Below, one piece after another: positions 7,916-16,791 of a stretch of DNA of 46,820 nt (its first letter is position 1; the number at the start of each line of letters is the position of its first letter). Source of the DNA: Treponema sp. (lineage in GTDB: Bacteria; Spirochaetota; Spirochaetia; Treponematales; Treponemataceae). A program made the position numbers and the translations under genes. Below the pieces are notes generated by a model, which was given only the letters and a program-made list of their open reading frames with translations, did not search any database and was not told the DNA's origin. The stretch spans positions 1-46,820 of the forward strand of contig JAHBAD010000045.1 of NCBI GenBank assembly GCA_018385395.1, written 5' to 3'.

Positions 7916-8037
7916 TAAGGGCGGCGAAGCCGTTGTTTGCGGCGGTGGTTGAGCTCGTCGAAACCACCGCCGCAAACAATGCAGCCGAAAGGCGGAACCC
8001 TGAAAAGCCCGGTTTTTTGCGAAGCAAAAAATGGCCC
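7903..8037 (+). repeat. Structured intergenic element, copy B (same architecture as copy A)
   Basis: GGGC-AAGGGATTGTA-AGGG[CGGC-GAA-GCCG; perfect 18-bp stem 7933-7950/7962-7979; GCC-GAAA-GGC]CCCT-GAAAAGCCCGG-TTTTTTGC-GAA-GCAAAAAA-TG-GCCC. Confidence 0.8.
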
Positions 8038-8054
8038 CTTACAAAAATACTATT

Positions 8055-8198
8055 CTACTCTTCCTCATCTGGAATGAACTTAAAAATTTCTTCAACTGGT
8101 TTCCCGAAAACAGTAGCAATATCCATTGCTAATTTCAACGACGGATTATATTTCCCATTTTCCAGGGCTCCTATGGTTTCTCGCCGAACTCCAACTTT
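8055..8198 (-). pseudogene. 5'-truncated XRE-family HTH gene remnant
   Basis: Minus strand reads [47 protein letters not shown]. It is preceded by an in-frame TGA, and the first helices and start codon are missing. Confidence 0.85.
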
Positions 8199-8290
8199 TC
8201 AATTCGTTATTTTTGCAGCTGATTCCGAAGTGTTTCTCAAATTATTCCATAAAATTGCAGAATGTCTTTCTATAATGTAAAATGTTGTTT

Positions 8291-9670
8291 ATGCGCAAAT
8301 TTACATTCTCAGGCGGAATTTTCCCGCCAGAAAGAAAGGAACTTTCACAAGAATGTCCAATTCAAAATGTGATGCCTTCTTCAAAAAAAGTCTGCATTCC
8401 TGTAACAATGGGCGGCGCACCGAACCAGGTTCTGGTAAAAGTTGGTGACGTGGTAAAAAAAGGCCAGCTCATTGCCAGCGGCAATGCTTTTATGTCTGTA
8501 CCGGTACACGCTTCTGTTTCCGGCACTGTAAAAAAAATCGGTCCTGTAATGGGAAACGCAAATGTGGAAAAGATTGCAATTGAAATTGCAGCCGATGATT
8601 CAGGCGAAACAGACTTCATGCCTGTTCTGGATCCGTTCACATGTGACAAGGAAACTGCCCTTAAACGTATCAAGGATGCAGGTATTGTTGGAATGGGTGG
8701 GGCTTCTTTCCCGACTCACGTAAAACTGAATCCACCGCCAGCAGCAGTAATTGATTCTGTAATCCTTAATGCTGCTGAATGCGAACCATATCTTACAATC
8801 GATGAACGCATATTGCTTGAAACACCAGAAAAAGTAATTGACGGTGTTGCAATTGTAATGCAGGTAACCGGCGTTATGCAGAAGCCTGAAGGCCGCGGAT
8901 ACATCGGGCTTGAAGAAAACAAAATCCACTGCGTGGAAGGACTTCAGAAAGCAATCGATGCAAAGAACTATTCGGGCAAAATAGAAATCAAAATCGTAAA
9001 AACAAAATACCCTCAGGGTTGTGAAAAAATGCTTACCGTTGCCATCCTTGGCCGCGAAATTCCGACAAAAGGTCTTCCTGCCAATATCGGATGTGTTATC
9101 TGTAACGTTGGAACTGTATGTGCAGTTTCTGATGCATTCCGTCTTGGTATGCCGCTTATTGAACGTCCTCTTACAATTTCCGGCGGTGCTGTTTCTGAAC
9201 CAAAGAATATCCGCGTTCCTGTAGGAACAATGGTCAGCGACCTGGTTGGAGACGTAATCAATCCAACAGAAGAAACTGTAAAAATCCTTTCAGGCGGACC
9301 AATGATGGGCTTCGCCATGACAAACGCTCAGTTCCCTGTTGAAAAAGGAACAAGCGGTGTTCTGTTCCTGACACGTAAGGAAATTGCAATTTCAAAAGAA
9401 AATGCATGTATCAACTGTGGTATGTGTGTAAACTCATGTCCAATGAATCTGATTCCAGCCCTCATGAAACGCCAGCTTGATGCCGGCAACACTGACAAAT
9501 CAACAGCCTTTGGTCTCATGGACTGTATCGAATGCGGATGCTGTACTTATGTCTGCCCTGCAAACATCAAGCTTGTTCAGCATTTCCGCGTTGGCAAATG
9601 TAAAGTCCGTGCACAGAGGGCTGCAGCAAAAGCTAAGGCAGATGCTGAAAAAGAAAAAGGAGATAAATAA
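8291..9670 (+). CDS. rnfC: Rnf complex subunit C
   Basis: PVHASVSG, GIVGMGGASFPTHVK, NAAECEPY, KYPQG and two CxxCxxCxxxCP clusters. Start at 8282 or 8291. Confidence 0.96.
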   Translation: MRKFTFSGGIFPPERKELSQECPIQNVMPSSKKVCIPVTMGGAPNQVLVKVGDVVKKGQLIASGNAFMSVPVHASVSGTVKKIGPVMGNANVEKIAIEIAADDSGETDFMPVLDPFTCDKETALKRIKDAGIVGMGGASFPTHVKLNPPPAAVIDSVILNAAECEPYLTIDERILLETPEKVIDGVAIVMQVTGVMQKPEGRGYIGLEENKIHCVEGLQKAIDAKNYSGKIEIKIVKTKYPQGCEKMLTVAILGREIPTKGLPANIGCVICNVGTVCAVSDAFRLGMPLIERPLTISGGAVSEPKNIRVPVGTMVSDLVGDVINPTEETVKILSGGPMMGFAMTNAQFPVEKGTSGVLFLTRKEIAISKENACINCGMCVNSCPMNLIPALMKRQLDAGNTDKSTAFGLMDCIECGCCTYVCPANIKLVQHFRVGKCKVRAQRAAAKAKADAEKEKGDK

Positions 9671-10617
9671 TGGCTGACGAAAAAATGTACCTTTCATCAT
9701 CTCCACACTTCCATTCACCTGTTTCAACACAGATGATTATGTGGATGGTTTGTTTCGCACTGCTTCCAGTTTGTATCGCAGGCTGCATCATCTTTGGATG
9801 GTGCGCACTTGCAGTACTTGCCGTAAGCGTTGCTTCATGTGTTCTCTTTGAATATCTTTTCAATCTGATTGTATACAGAAAATCTGAACCAGAAAAGGTT
9901 CTTTCCATTAAAGACGGCTCGGCTGTTCTTTCGGGACTTCTTCTTGCATGTACACTTTCACCACTTGTTCCTTTCTGGCAGGTAGTGCTTGGTGGATTTT
10001 TTGCAATGGTCGTTGTAAAAGGATTTTTCGGAGGACTCGGTCAGAACGTATGGAACCCTGCCCTTGCCGGCCGTGCATTCCTTTTCATCTGCTTCCCTTC
10101 AACAATGGGATCCCAGTGGCTGGATCCTGCAACAGATGCAGTTTCAGGAGCAACAATCCTTTCGCAGGCTTCACAGTTCACCTCTTACTGGGACCTTTTC
10201 CTTGGCCGCCAGGGCGGATGTATAGGTGAAACAGCAGCTATTGTTATTCTGATTTCAGGTCTCTTCCTTATCTGGATGAAAATCATCGACTGGAGAATTC
10301 CTCTTTCATTTATCGCTACTGTTGCACTCCTGACTCTGGTTTCAGGCGGCGACGTCCTTATGAGCGTTCTTTCAGGTGGTCTTATGCTCGGTGCCTTCTT
10401 CATGGCAACTGACTATGTTACAAGCCCAATCACTTCATGGGGACGCGTTGTATTCGGAATCGGATGTGGACTTATCACATTCCTCATCCGTAAGTTCGGC
10501 GGTTACCCTGAAGGAGTTATGTTCTCAATCCTCTTCATGAACTGTATCCATCCTTTCCTTAATAACCTTCGTTCAAAAATGTATGGTTACGGAAAAGCAA
10601 AAAAGGAGGCAAAGTAA
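9670..10617 (+). CDS. rnfD: Rnf complex subunit D
   Basis: SSPH, GGLGQNVWNPALAGR, FMN site SGAT, FFMATDYVTSP, GGYPEG. Confidence 0.96.
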   Translation: MADEKMYLSSSPHFHSPVSTQMIMWMVCFALLPVCIAGCIIFGWCALAVLAVSVASCVLFEYLFNLIVYRKSEPEKVLSIKDGSAVLSGLLLACTLSPLVPFWQVVLGGFFAMVVVKGFFGGLGQNVWNPALAGRAFLFICFPSTMGSQWLDPATDAVSGATILSQASQFTSYWDLFLGRQGGCIGETAAIVILISGLFLIWMKIIDWRIPLSFIATVALLTLVSGGDVLMSVLSGGLMLGAFFMATDYVTSPITSWGRVVFGIGCGLITFLIRKFGGYPEGVMFSILFMNCIHPFLNNLRSKMYGYGKAKKEAK

Positions 10618-11147
10618 TGAAAGAAATCCTTAAGCTTGGTTTCGTACTTTCTGTATTTGCTGTAGTTTCTTGTTTTGCGCTGGCAGTTGTAAACAATTTA
10701 ACTGCTCCAAGAATCGCAGCACACAAAGCTTCCCAGACTGCCGCCGGCCTTAAAGTCGTATTCACCGGTGCCGACAGTTTTGAAGCCGTAACTGATTTTG
10801 AAAAATCTGTGGACACAACAACAATCATGGAAGTTTACACTGCCATGAAAAACGGCGAAAAAGCCGGAACTGTTGTAAAGGCTACAGGTCCAACTTATGA
10901 CAAAGTTGTAATACTGATTGCATGGGACAACAACAAAAAAATTACAGGGGTTAAATTCCTTGAAAACACAGACTCTCCTGGATTCGGACAGAAAGCATCT
11001 GAAGAATCTTTCTACGGTCAGTTTACAGGAATTGACGGTTCAAAACCTGTTGTAATGGGAACAGACTTCGAAGCAATTTCCGGTGCAACCATTACATCAA
11101 AAGGTATTGAAAAAATCATCAACAATGCTTTGGAGGGAATTAAATAA
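10617..11147 (+). CDS. rnfG: Rnf complex subunit G
   Basis: N-terminal TM, DSPGFG, FMN-binding AISGATITS. Confidence 0.93.
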   Translation: MKEILKLGFVLSVFAVVSCFALAVVNNLTAPRIAAHKASQTAAGLKVVFTGADSFEAVTDFEKSVDTTTIMEVYTAMKNGEKAGTVVKATGPTYDKVVILIAWDNNKKITGVKFLENTDSPGFGQKASEESFYGQFTGIDGSKPVVMGTDFEAISGATITSKGIEKIINNALEGIK

Positions 11148-11797
11148 TGAGCAACATGAAAATTTTTACTAACGGTATCGTAAAAGAAAATCCTCTCCTC
11201 GTTCTGAGCATTGGTCTTTGTTCTTCCCTTGCCGTTACAACAAGCGTATTTAACGGACTTGGTATGGGCGCTGCCATGACTTTCGTTCTTCTTATGAGTG
11301 AAGTCATAATCAGCCTTTGCAGAAAAGTAATTCCATCTGCAATCCGCCTTCCATGTTTCATTATCGTTATTGCTGCATTCACAACAATCGTTCAGCTTAT
11401 GCTGGCAGCATTTCTCCCTGCCCTTTCAGAATCTCTTGGTGTGTTCCTTCCACTCATCGTTGTAAACTGTATCATCATGGGACGCGTTGAAAGCTTTGCT
11501 TCGAAGAACTCAGTCGGAAAAGTAGTCCTCGATTCCCTTGGTATGGGTATCGGTTATACATGGGTTCTTGCAGCAATCTCAATCATCCGCGAACTTCTTG
11601 GAGCCGGTTCTTTCTTCGGAATAGAAGTGATTCCTGAAAGCTACAGACTTGGAATCTTTACAGCTGCCCCTGGCGGATTCATTGTATTCGGTCTTATGAT
11701 TGCAATTACAGAAGGAATCAGCGGTGCTGTAGCAAAGTCTAAAGCTAAAAAATCAGAAACTGGTGCAGAAAAAGAAACTGCAAAGGAGGCTGAATAA
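11147..11797 (+). CDS. rnfE: Rnf complex subunit E
   Basis: ENP...GLCSSLAVT, PLIVVNCIIMGR, IRELLG. Confidence 0.95.
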   Translation: MSNMKIFTNGIVKENPLLVLSIGLCSSLAVTTSVFNGLGMGAAMTFVLLMSEVIISLCRKVIPSAIRLPCFIIVIAAFTTIVQLMLAAFLPALSESLGVFLPLIVVNCIIMGRVESFASKNSVGKVVLDSLGMGIGYTWVLAAISIIRELLGAGSFFGIEVIPESYRLGIFTAAPGGFIVFGLMIAITEGISGAVAKSKAKKSETGAEKETAKEAE

Positions 11798-12375
11798 TGC
11801 CAACTCTTCTGAAAATATTTTTGAGCGCAATGCTTATTGATAACGTTGTTCTTGTTCAGTACCTGGCACTTTGTCCTTTTGTTGGAATGACAGGCGACAC
11901 AAAGAAAGCCTTTGGAATGGGCGTTGCAACAACCTTCGTTATTATTCTGGCAACTGTTGTTACTTATCCTATTTACTACGGTATTCTGGTTAAGTTCCAC
12001 GTTGAATTCCTTCAGACATTGATTTTCATTCTGGTAATCGCATCACTTGTACAGCTGGTTGAATTCTATCTTAAAAAGACTTCACCTGCCCTGTATTCTT
12101 CAATGGGTGTTTACCTTGCTCTTATTACAACAAACTGTGCAGTTCTTGCCGTTACACTTAACTGTATCTCAAAGAACTACAACTACCTTGAATCAATTGT
12201 TTACGCCCTTGGTTCAGCAGGCGGATTCATTCTTTCTATGGTTGTAATGAGCGGAATCCGTGTTCGTCTTGAAACTTCAAAAGTGCCATCCTTCCTTAAA
12301 GGAAACGCAATTCTGTTCATTACAGCAGGTCTCCTTTCAATGGCATTCATGGGCTTCAATGGACTGATTAAGTAA
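11797..12375 (+). CDS. rnfA: Rnf complex subunit A
   Basis: NVVLVQYLALCPF, LITTNCAVL. Confidence 0.95.
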   Translation: MPTLLKIFLSAMLIDNVVLVQYLALCPFVGMTGDTKKAFGMGVATTFVIILATVVTYPIYYGILVKFHVEFLQTLIFILVIASLVQLVEFYLKKTSPALYSSMGVYLALITTNCAVLAVTLNCISKNYNYLESIVYALGSAGGFILSMVVMSGIRVRLETSKVPSFLKGNAILFITAGLLSMAFMGFNGLIK

Positions 12376-12405
12376 TTGAAAATTGACGATTGATAATTGA
12401 CAATT
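12374..12405 (+). repeat. Degenerate heptamer tandem repeat (AATTGAN) x4
   Basis: AATTGAA AATTGAC GATTGAT AATTGAC AATT directly after the rnfA stop. Confidence 0.7.
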
Positions 12406-12461
12406 TTTTGTAAATGAAAAGTGCTGCTTATTAAAGCAGTCTGATTGTATAGGATAATGAA

Positions 12462-13262
12462 ATGAAAATTATTATTGCTACTGTAATTATAGCCTTTGTG
12501 ATTGCATTTGTTCTTGGAATGCTTCTTGGTTTTTTCAAAAAAGTATTTGCAGTTCACGAAGATGAGAAAGTAACAAAAATTAAAGAACTTCTTCCTAACG
12601 GAAACTGTGGTGGATGTGGCTACGCTGGATGTGCTTCTTACGCTGAAGCCGTTGCAAGCGGAAAAGCTCCCCTCAATGCATGTACTGCAGGTGGAGCCGA
12701 AGTTGCAAAAGCCATTGCAGAAATCATGGGCGGAACAGCAGAAGTAAAATCGTACATTGCGGTTCTTGCATGTCAGGGCTCAAAGACTTGTGCTGTAAGC
12801 CGCGGAAATTACACCGGCGTTGAAACCTGTGCCGCAGCAGCAATTGCCGTAAACGGAACCAAAATGTGTGCCAGCGGCTGTATTGGTTTTGGAGACTGTG
12901 TAAAGGTCTGTAAGTTCGGAGCCATGACAATGGGCGAAGACGGACTTCCCAAAATTGATAAAGCAAAATGTACAGGCTGCGGTGCATGTGCAAGAGCCTG
13001 TCCTCACAAACTGCTCAAGAAAATTGACACAGAGCGCAAAGCTCCACTGGTACTTTGTTCATGTGTAAGCGACAAAAAACCTGACGTTGTAAAAAACTGT
13101 TCTATGAGCTGTATCAAATGCCAGAGATGTGTTCGCGAATGTCCTGAACAAGCCATTACAATGGAAGGCGGAGTTCCTTTCATCAACGAAGAAAAATGTA
13201 CTGCCTGCGGCACTTGTGTAACAGCATGCCTAAGAAAGGTAATTAAATTTCTTGAAAAATAA
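12462..13262 (+). CDS. rnfB: Rnf complex subunit B (polyferredoxin)
   Basis: N-terminal TM, LPNGNCGGCGYAGC, several 4Fe-4S motifs. Confidence 0.95.
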   Translation: MKIIIATVIIAFVIAFVLGMLLGFFKKVFAVHEDEKVTKIKELLPNGNCGGCGYAGCASYAEAVASGKAPLNACTAGGAEVAKAIAEIMGGTAEVKSYIAVLACQGSKTCAVSRGNYTGVETCAAAAIAVNGTKMCASGCIGFGDCVKVCKFGAMTMGEDGLPKIDKAKCTGCGACARACPHKLLKKIDTERKAPLVLCSCVSDKKPDVVKNCSMSCIKCQRCVRECPEQAITMEGGVPFINEEKCTACGTCVTACLRKVIKFLEK

Positions 13263-13282
13263 ACTTTAAAAGAAACGCTTTT

Positions 13283-13318
13283 AATCCCGGGTGAAAAATC
13301 ACCCGGGATTTTTTTTTT
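13283..13318 (+). terminator. Rho-independent terminator of the rnf operon
   Basis: ATCCCGGGTG-AAAAAT-CACCCGGGAT followed by a T run. Confidence 0.92.
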
Positions 13319-13331
13319 GCATAAATTTATA

Positions 13332-13365
13332 TTGCGCCCATTCTCTTTGTGTATTATCATACACA
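13332..13365 (+). promoter_or_regulatory. vapBC promoter with palindromic operator
   Basis: TTGCGC-17-TATCAT; TGTGTAT-tatc-ATACACA (13348-13365) overlaps the -10. Confidence 0.7.
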
Positions 13366-13380
13366 TAACGAGGTGTATAC

Positions 13381-13596
13381 ATGCGAACAAATATTGTATT
13401 AAATGATGAATTAGTGAAAACAGCCTTATTTTTGGCGCCCTCCATAAAGACAAAGAAAGACTTAATTAATACAGCATTACTCGAATTTATCGAAGTTCGC
13501 CAGGTAAAAAAGATTCAAGACATTCGTGGTATGGATCTTTTTGCTGAAGACTATGATTACAAAGCTATGCGGGAAGGCAATAATGGTTCTTATTGA
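13381..13596 (+). CDS. vapB: VapB-type antitoxin (RHH, DUF2191-like)
   Basis: MRTNIVLNDELV...KTKKDLINTALLEFI...DYDYKAMR; overlaps the downstream PIN gene. Confidence 0.88.
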   Translation: MRTNIVLNDELVKTALFLAPSIKTKKDLINTALLEFIEVRQVKKIQDIRGMDLFAEDYDYKAMREGNNGSY

Positions 13597-13984
13597 TACT
13601 TCCGTAATCATCAATTATTTAAAAAATGTTGATGATCAATATACAAACACATTAACTTTTTTAATCGACAATAAATATCCTATAGGGATAAACAATTATA
13701 TTTATCAGGAAATTCTGCAAGGCGCAAAATCTGAAAAAGAATATGAAATACTAAAACAATATTTAAACCAGTTTCACTTCTATCAACTGTCCGGAAAATC
13801 CTCATATGAAGCCGCAGCAATGATGAATGTTCAATGCCGAAATTCCGGCATCACAATCCGCAGCACCATTGATCTGCTTATTGCACAGACTGCTATTGAA
13901 AACGATATTTTACTCCTAACTTACGACTCCGATTTTTATAACATGGCAAAAGTAATCCCCCAATTGAGGATATTTGAAATCTAA
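13583..13984 (+). CDS. vapC: VapC PIN-domain ribonuclease toxin
   Basis: MVLIDTS, QEILQG, STIDLLIAQTA, LLTYDSDF; acidic tetrad intact. Confidence 0.92.
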   Translation: MVLIDTSVIINYLKNVDDQYTNTLTFLIDNKYPIGINNYIYQEILQGAKSEKEYEILKQYLNQFHFYQLSGKSSYEAAAMMNVQCRNSGITIRSTIDLLIAQTAIENDILLLTYDSDFYNMAKVIPQLRIFEI

Positions 13985-14061
13985 AGCAATTCCCTCTCCC
14001 CATTTTCAGATTTATATATTTGTTATAAAATGATTTGTAGTTTTTAAAAAAAGGAAGCGCT

Positions 14062-14973
14062 ATGCCAATTAAAATTCAATCAGATTTACCAGCAGTTCAG
14101 ACTCTTGAAAAAGAAAATATTTTCGTAATGACAGAAAAACGTGCTGCCACACAGGATATTCGTCCGCTAAAAATTGCAATTGTAAACCTGATGCCTACAA
14201 AAGAAGTAACTGAAACTCAGCTTATGCGCCTTCTTGGAAACACTCCGCTTCAGATTGAAATCAGTCTGGTAAGAATGGAAAGTCACGTTTCAAAAACTAC
14301 AGGAAAAGCCTATCTCGATAAATTCTATATTCCGTCTTCTGATCTTTACAAGCAGAAGTTCGACGGCATGATTTTTACAGGTGCTCCAGTTGAACAGATT
14401 CCATTTGAAAATGTTGATTACTGGGATGAACTCTGCAAAATTATGGACTGGGCAAATGAAAACGTATTCTGCTCTCTTTACATCTGCTGGGGAGCTATGG
14501 CAGGACTTTATCATTTCCACGGAATCAACAAACAGATTGTAGATAAAAAATTCTCAGGAGTTTACTACAGCAAAAACCTAAAACCAAAGGATCCTCTTGT
14601 TCGCGGCTTTGACGACTTCTTTCCGGTTCCAACTTCACGCTGGACAACAATCAGAACTGAAGATATAAAGAAAAACAAAAATCTTGTTCTGCTTGCCGAC
14701 AACGAAGAAACTGGCGCCACACTCTGTAAGTCAAAAGATAACCGCGCCATTTTCATGACAGGTCATCTGGAATACGACACAGACACTCTGGCAAAAGAGT
14801 ATTTCCGCGATCTGAAAAAAGGGATAAATATTGAAAAACCTTTGAACTATTTCCAGAACAACGATCCGGAGTTGCCGGTAATTTCTACATGGCGCAGCAC
14901 CGCTCACCTGCTTTACTCAAACTGGCTCAACTATTACGTTTACCAGGCAACACCTTTCGACTGGGATGTTTAA
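14062..14973 (+). CDS. metA: Homoserine O-acyltransferase (MetA family, probably acetyl-CoA specific)
   Basis: QDIRPL, NLMP, ICWG nucleophile, GHLEY. GAPVE carries Glu at the specificity position associated with acetyltransferases. Confidence 0.95.
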   Translation: MPIKIQSDLPAVQTLEKENIFVMTEKRAATQDIRPLKIAIVNLMPTKEVTETQLMRLLGNTPLQIEISLVRMESHVSKTTGKAYLDKFYIPSSDLYKQKFDGMIFTGAPVEQIPFENVDYWDELCKIMDWANENVFCSLYICWGAMAGLYHFHGINKQIVDKKFSGVYYSKNLKPKDPLVRGFDDFFPVPTSRWTTIRTEDIKKNKNLVLLADNEETGATLCKSKDNRAIFMTGHLEYDTDTLAKEYFRDLKKGINIEKPLNYFQNNDPELPVISTWRSTAHLLYSNWLNYYVYQATPFDWDV

Positions 14974-15972
14974 TTAATTCTTCGCTTTTATAAGTATTGT
15001 CAGTTCGTGTTTGTTGTAATTCAAGTGAACGATTTTTGAATTCGGTATGGCGGCGAACTGTTCGTCTATCATTTTCCAGTCAATTTCTCCCTGCATCTTG
15101 ATTGTACAAATCATATTACGTGTCATACCTGAATCAAGCCATTTGTGAATCCATTCAAGAAGGCGTTCAGGGTAACAGATAACATCGCTGAACACCCAGT
15201 CTACAGGACCAATGTCTTCAGGCTTAAGAGTAAAGGCATCATGGATCTGAAATTTTACCAGAGGATTTGTCATAAGTTCAGGAGCAAGTTCTGCACGGTC
15301 TACAGCGTAAACTTCAGCGCCAAGGCCAACAAGAACCCAGGTCCAGCCACCAGGGCATGCTCCGGCTTCAAAGCATTTCTGTCCTTCATGAGGAAGTTCT
15401 TCGCCAAAGAAAAGATTGAAAAGCGTAAGGCTTTCCTGAATTTTTAAGTATGCCCGGCTCGGCGGGTTTTCGTGGTCTTCCACCCAGGTGATTTTTCCGG
15501 CAGGAATAAAGCTTGTAGTCTTTGCAGAACAAATCATTGTGTGCTCGTCAATCAATGTATAAAGCCCGATTTCGCTCTGAGGAATTTTTACAGGGAATTT
15601 TCTGTCTTTAAGATTTATATAAGGAAGCTTTTCCTGAATAAGATTGGCACGACGGAAACAGGTATACTGATATGGTGCCCAGTTTCTTTGAATCTTTTTA
15701 AGTTCGCCTGCGGCTTCGCCAATAGAATCAAAATGAACTATAAAAGGCTCTTCCATAACAGTACGTGCAAAATAAGGAAGTACCGATTCAGCTCCGGACG
15801 GAAGTTTTGCATCACGGAGAGAATCTTTTGAATAATAATAAAGGCCGCCGTAAATTTTATCTGCTACGGGCGAAATACCAAAACGCTGGGAAAGTTCGCT
15901 TTCAAGGAATCCGCTTTTTTCTGTGAAGGCAAGAAAAGCCCTGCCGTTTATTTTCTGAATTGATACTGCCAT
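14974..15972 (-). CDS. RlmM/FtsJ-like SAM-dependent rRNA 2'-O-methyltransferase
   Basis: PPSRAYLK, GACPGGWT, AVD, DWVFSDVICYP, CTIK. Confidence 0.85.
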   Translation of the reverse strand: MAVSIQKINGRAFLAFTEKSGFLESELSQRFGISPVADKIYGGLYYYSKDSLRDAKLPSGAESVLPYFARTVMEEPFIVHFDSIGEAAGELKKIQRNWAPYQYTCFRRANLIQEKLPYINLKDRKFPVKIPQSEIGLYTLIDEHTMICSAKTTSFIPAGKITWVEDHENPPSRAYLKIQESLTLFNLFFGEELPHEGQKCFEAGACPGGWTWVLVGLGAEVYAVDRAELAPELMTNPLVKFQIHDAFTLKPEDIGPVDWVFSDVICYPERLLEWIHKWLDSGMTRNMICTIKMQGEIDWKMIDEQFAAIPNSKIVHLNYNKHELTILIKAKN

Positions 15973-15977
15973 AGAGC

Positions 15978-16340
15978 CTAAATTATTTCCAGATTATCGT
16001 CTTTACCGAAATCAGCCAGTTCTGCTATATACTTCATAAAACGGTTCTGATCTGGAGAATATAATGCCTTGAACCCGATTTCTGTTTCATGATGGACTTC
16101 AGAAACCCACTGAGGCACACACACTAAAACCAAAGGTGATTCTCCGATTTTTTTTGCAAGAGAAATTTTCAATTCATATTCATTTTGCGCTTCAATATCA
16201 ACTGAAACCGGAACCGGGAAATGAACCATTAACCCAGTCTTACTGATATTAATCAGGTTCCCGGAAAGAGCACACAAATCCGGACAATTAACTTTGCCCA
16301 TATCATCGTATCGCTCTGCTTCTCTGTTTTCTTCATTCAT
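15978..16340 (-). CDS. PilZ domain protein
   Basis: RxxxR (REAER) and NISKTG motifs. Confidence 0.8.
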   Translation of the reverse strand: MNEENREAERYDDMGKVNCPDLCALSGNLINISKTGLMVHFPVPVSVDIEAQNEYELKISLAKKIGESPLVLVCVPQWVSEVHHETEIGFKALYSPDQNRFMKYIAELADFGKDDNLEII

Positions 16341-16361
16341 TTTATCACATCTCCGGTTTCA

Positions 16362-16769
16362 TCAGTTCTTTTTGCTGCATTCGGTACAGCAGACAATATG
16401 AATATGTTTACTGCCGTCACGCTTATTAAAAAGCCTTGCTATAAGATTACCGTTAATGGGAACTTCTTTATGACAGACAGGACATATTCGTCTTAAACCA
16501 GGCTCTACTTTAGGATAACAGTGAATACAGCCCATGACAATACACCTTTGATCAGGTACATCCATAGGTCTGTAAACCTTTGTATAAATATTATCCCCGA
16601 TTGGAAGAGGCATATCGCATAAAGGGCATTTTGCAAAACCCGGACCTTCAGCCTTTTTTATCATTTTTTTTGAGCCATTCATTTTACGGCTTTCAATCCG
16701 TAAAAAAATAAAACACAATAAAGCAATAATAACAACAAATGAAAGTCCCATAAAAAAATATTCAAGCAT
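16362..16769 (-). CDS. Membrane-anchored Cys-rich (zinc-binding) hypothetical protein
   Basis: N-terminal TM followed by four CxxC pairs (CPLC, CIHC, CPVC, CTEC). Confidence 0.75.
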   Translation of the reverse strand: MLEYFFMGLSFVVIIALLCFIFLRIESRKMNGSKKMIKKAEGPGFAKCPLCDMPLPIGDNIYTKVYRPMDVPDQRCIVMGCIHCYPKVEPGLRRICPVCHKEVPINGNLIARLFNKRDGSKHIHIVCCTECSKKN

Positions 16770-16791
16770 ACACCCTCTTCCAATTCATCAT

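Noticed and set aside
7813-8280. 155-aa plus-strand ORF, and the 99/88-aa minus-strand ORFs at 7548-7975
   Set aside because: They read through the palindromic element, the TA locus and the antisense strand of the XRE remnant, and show no protein motif.
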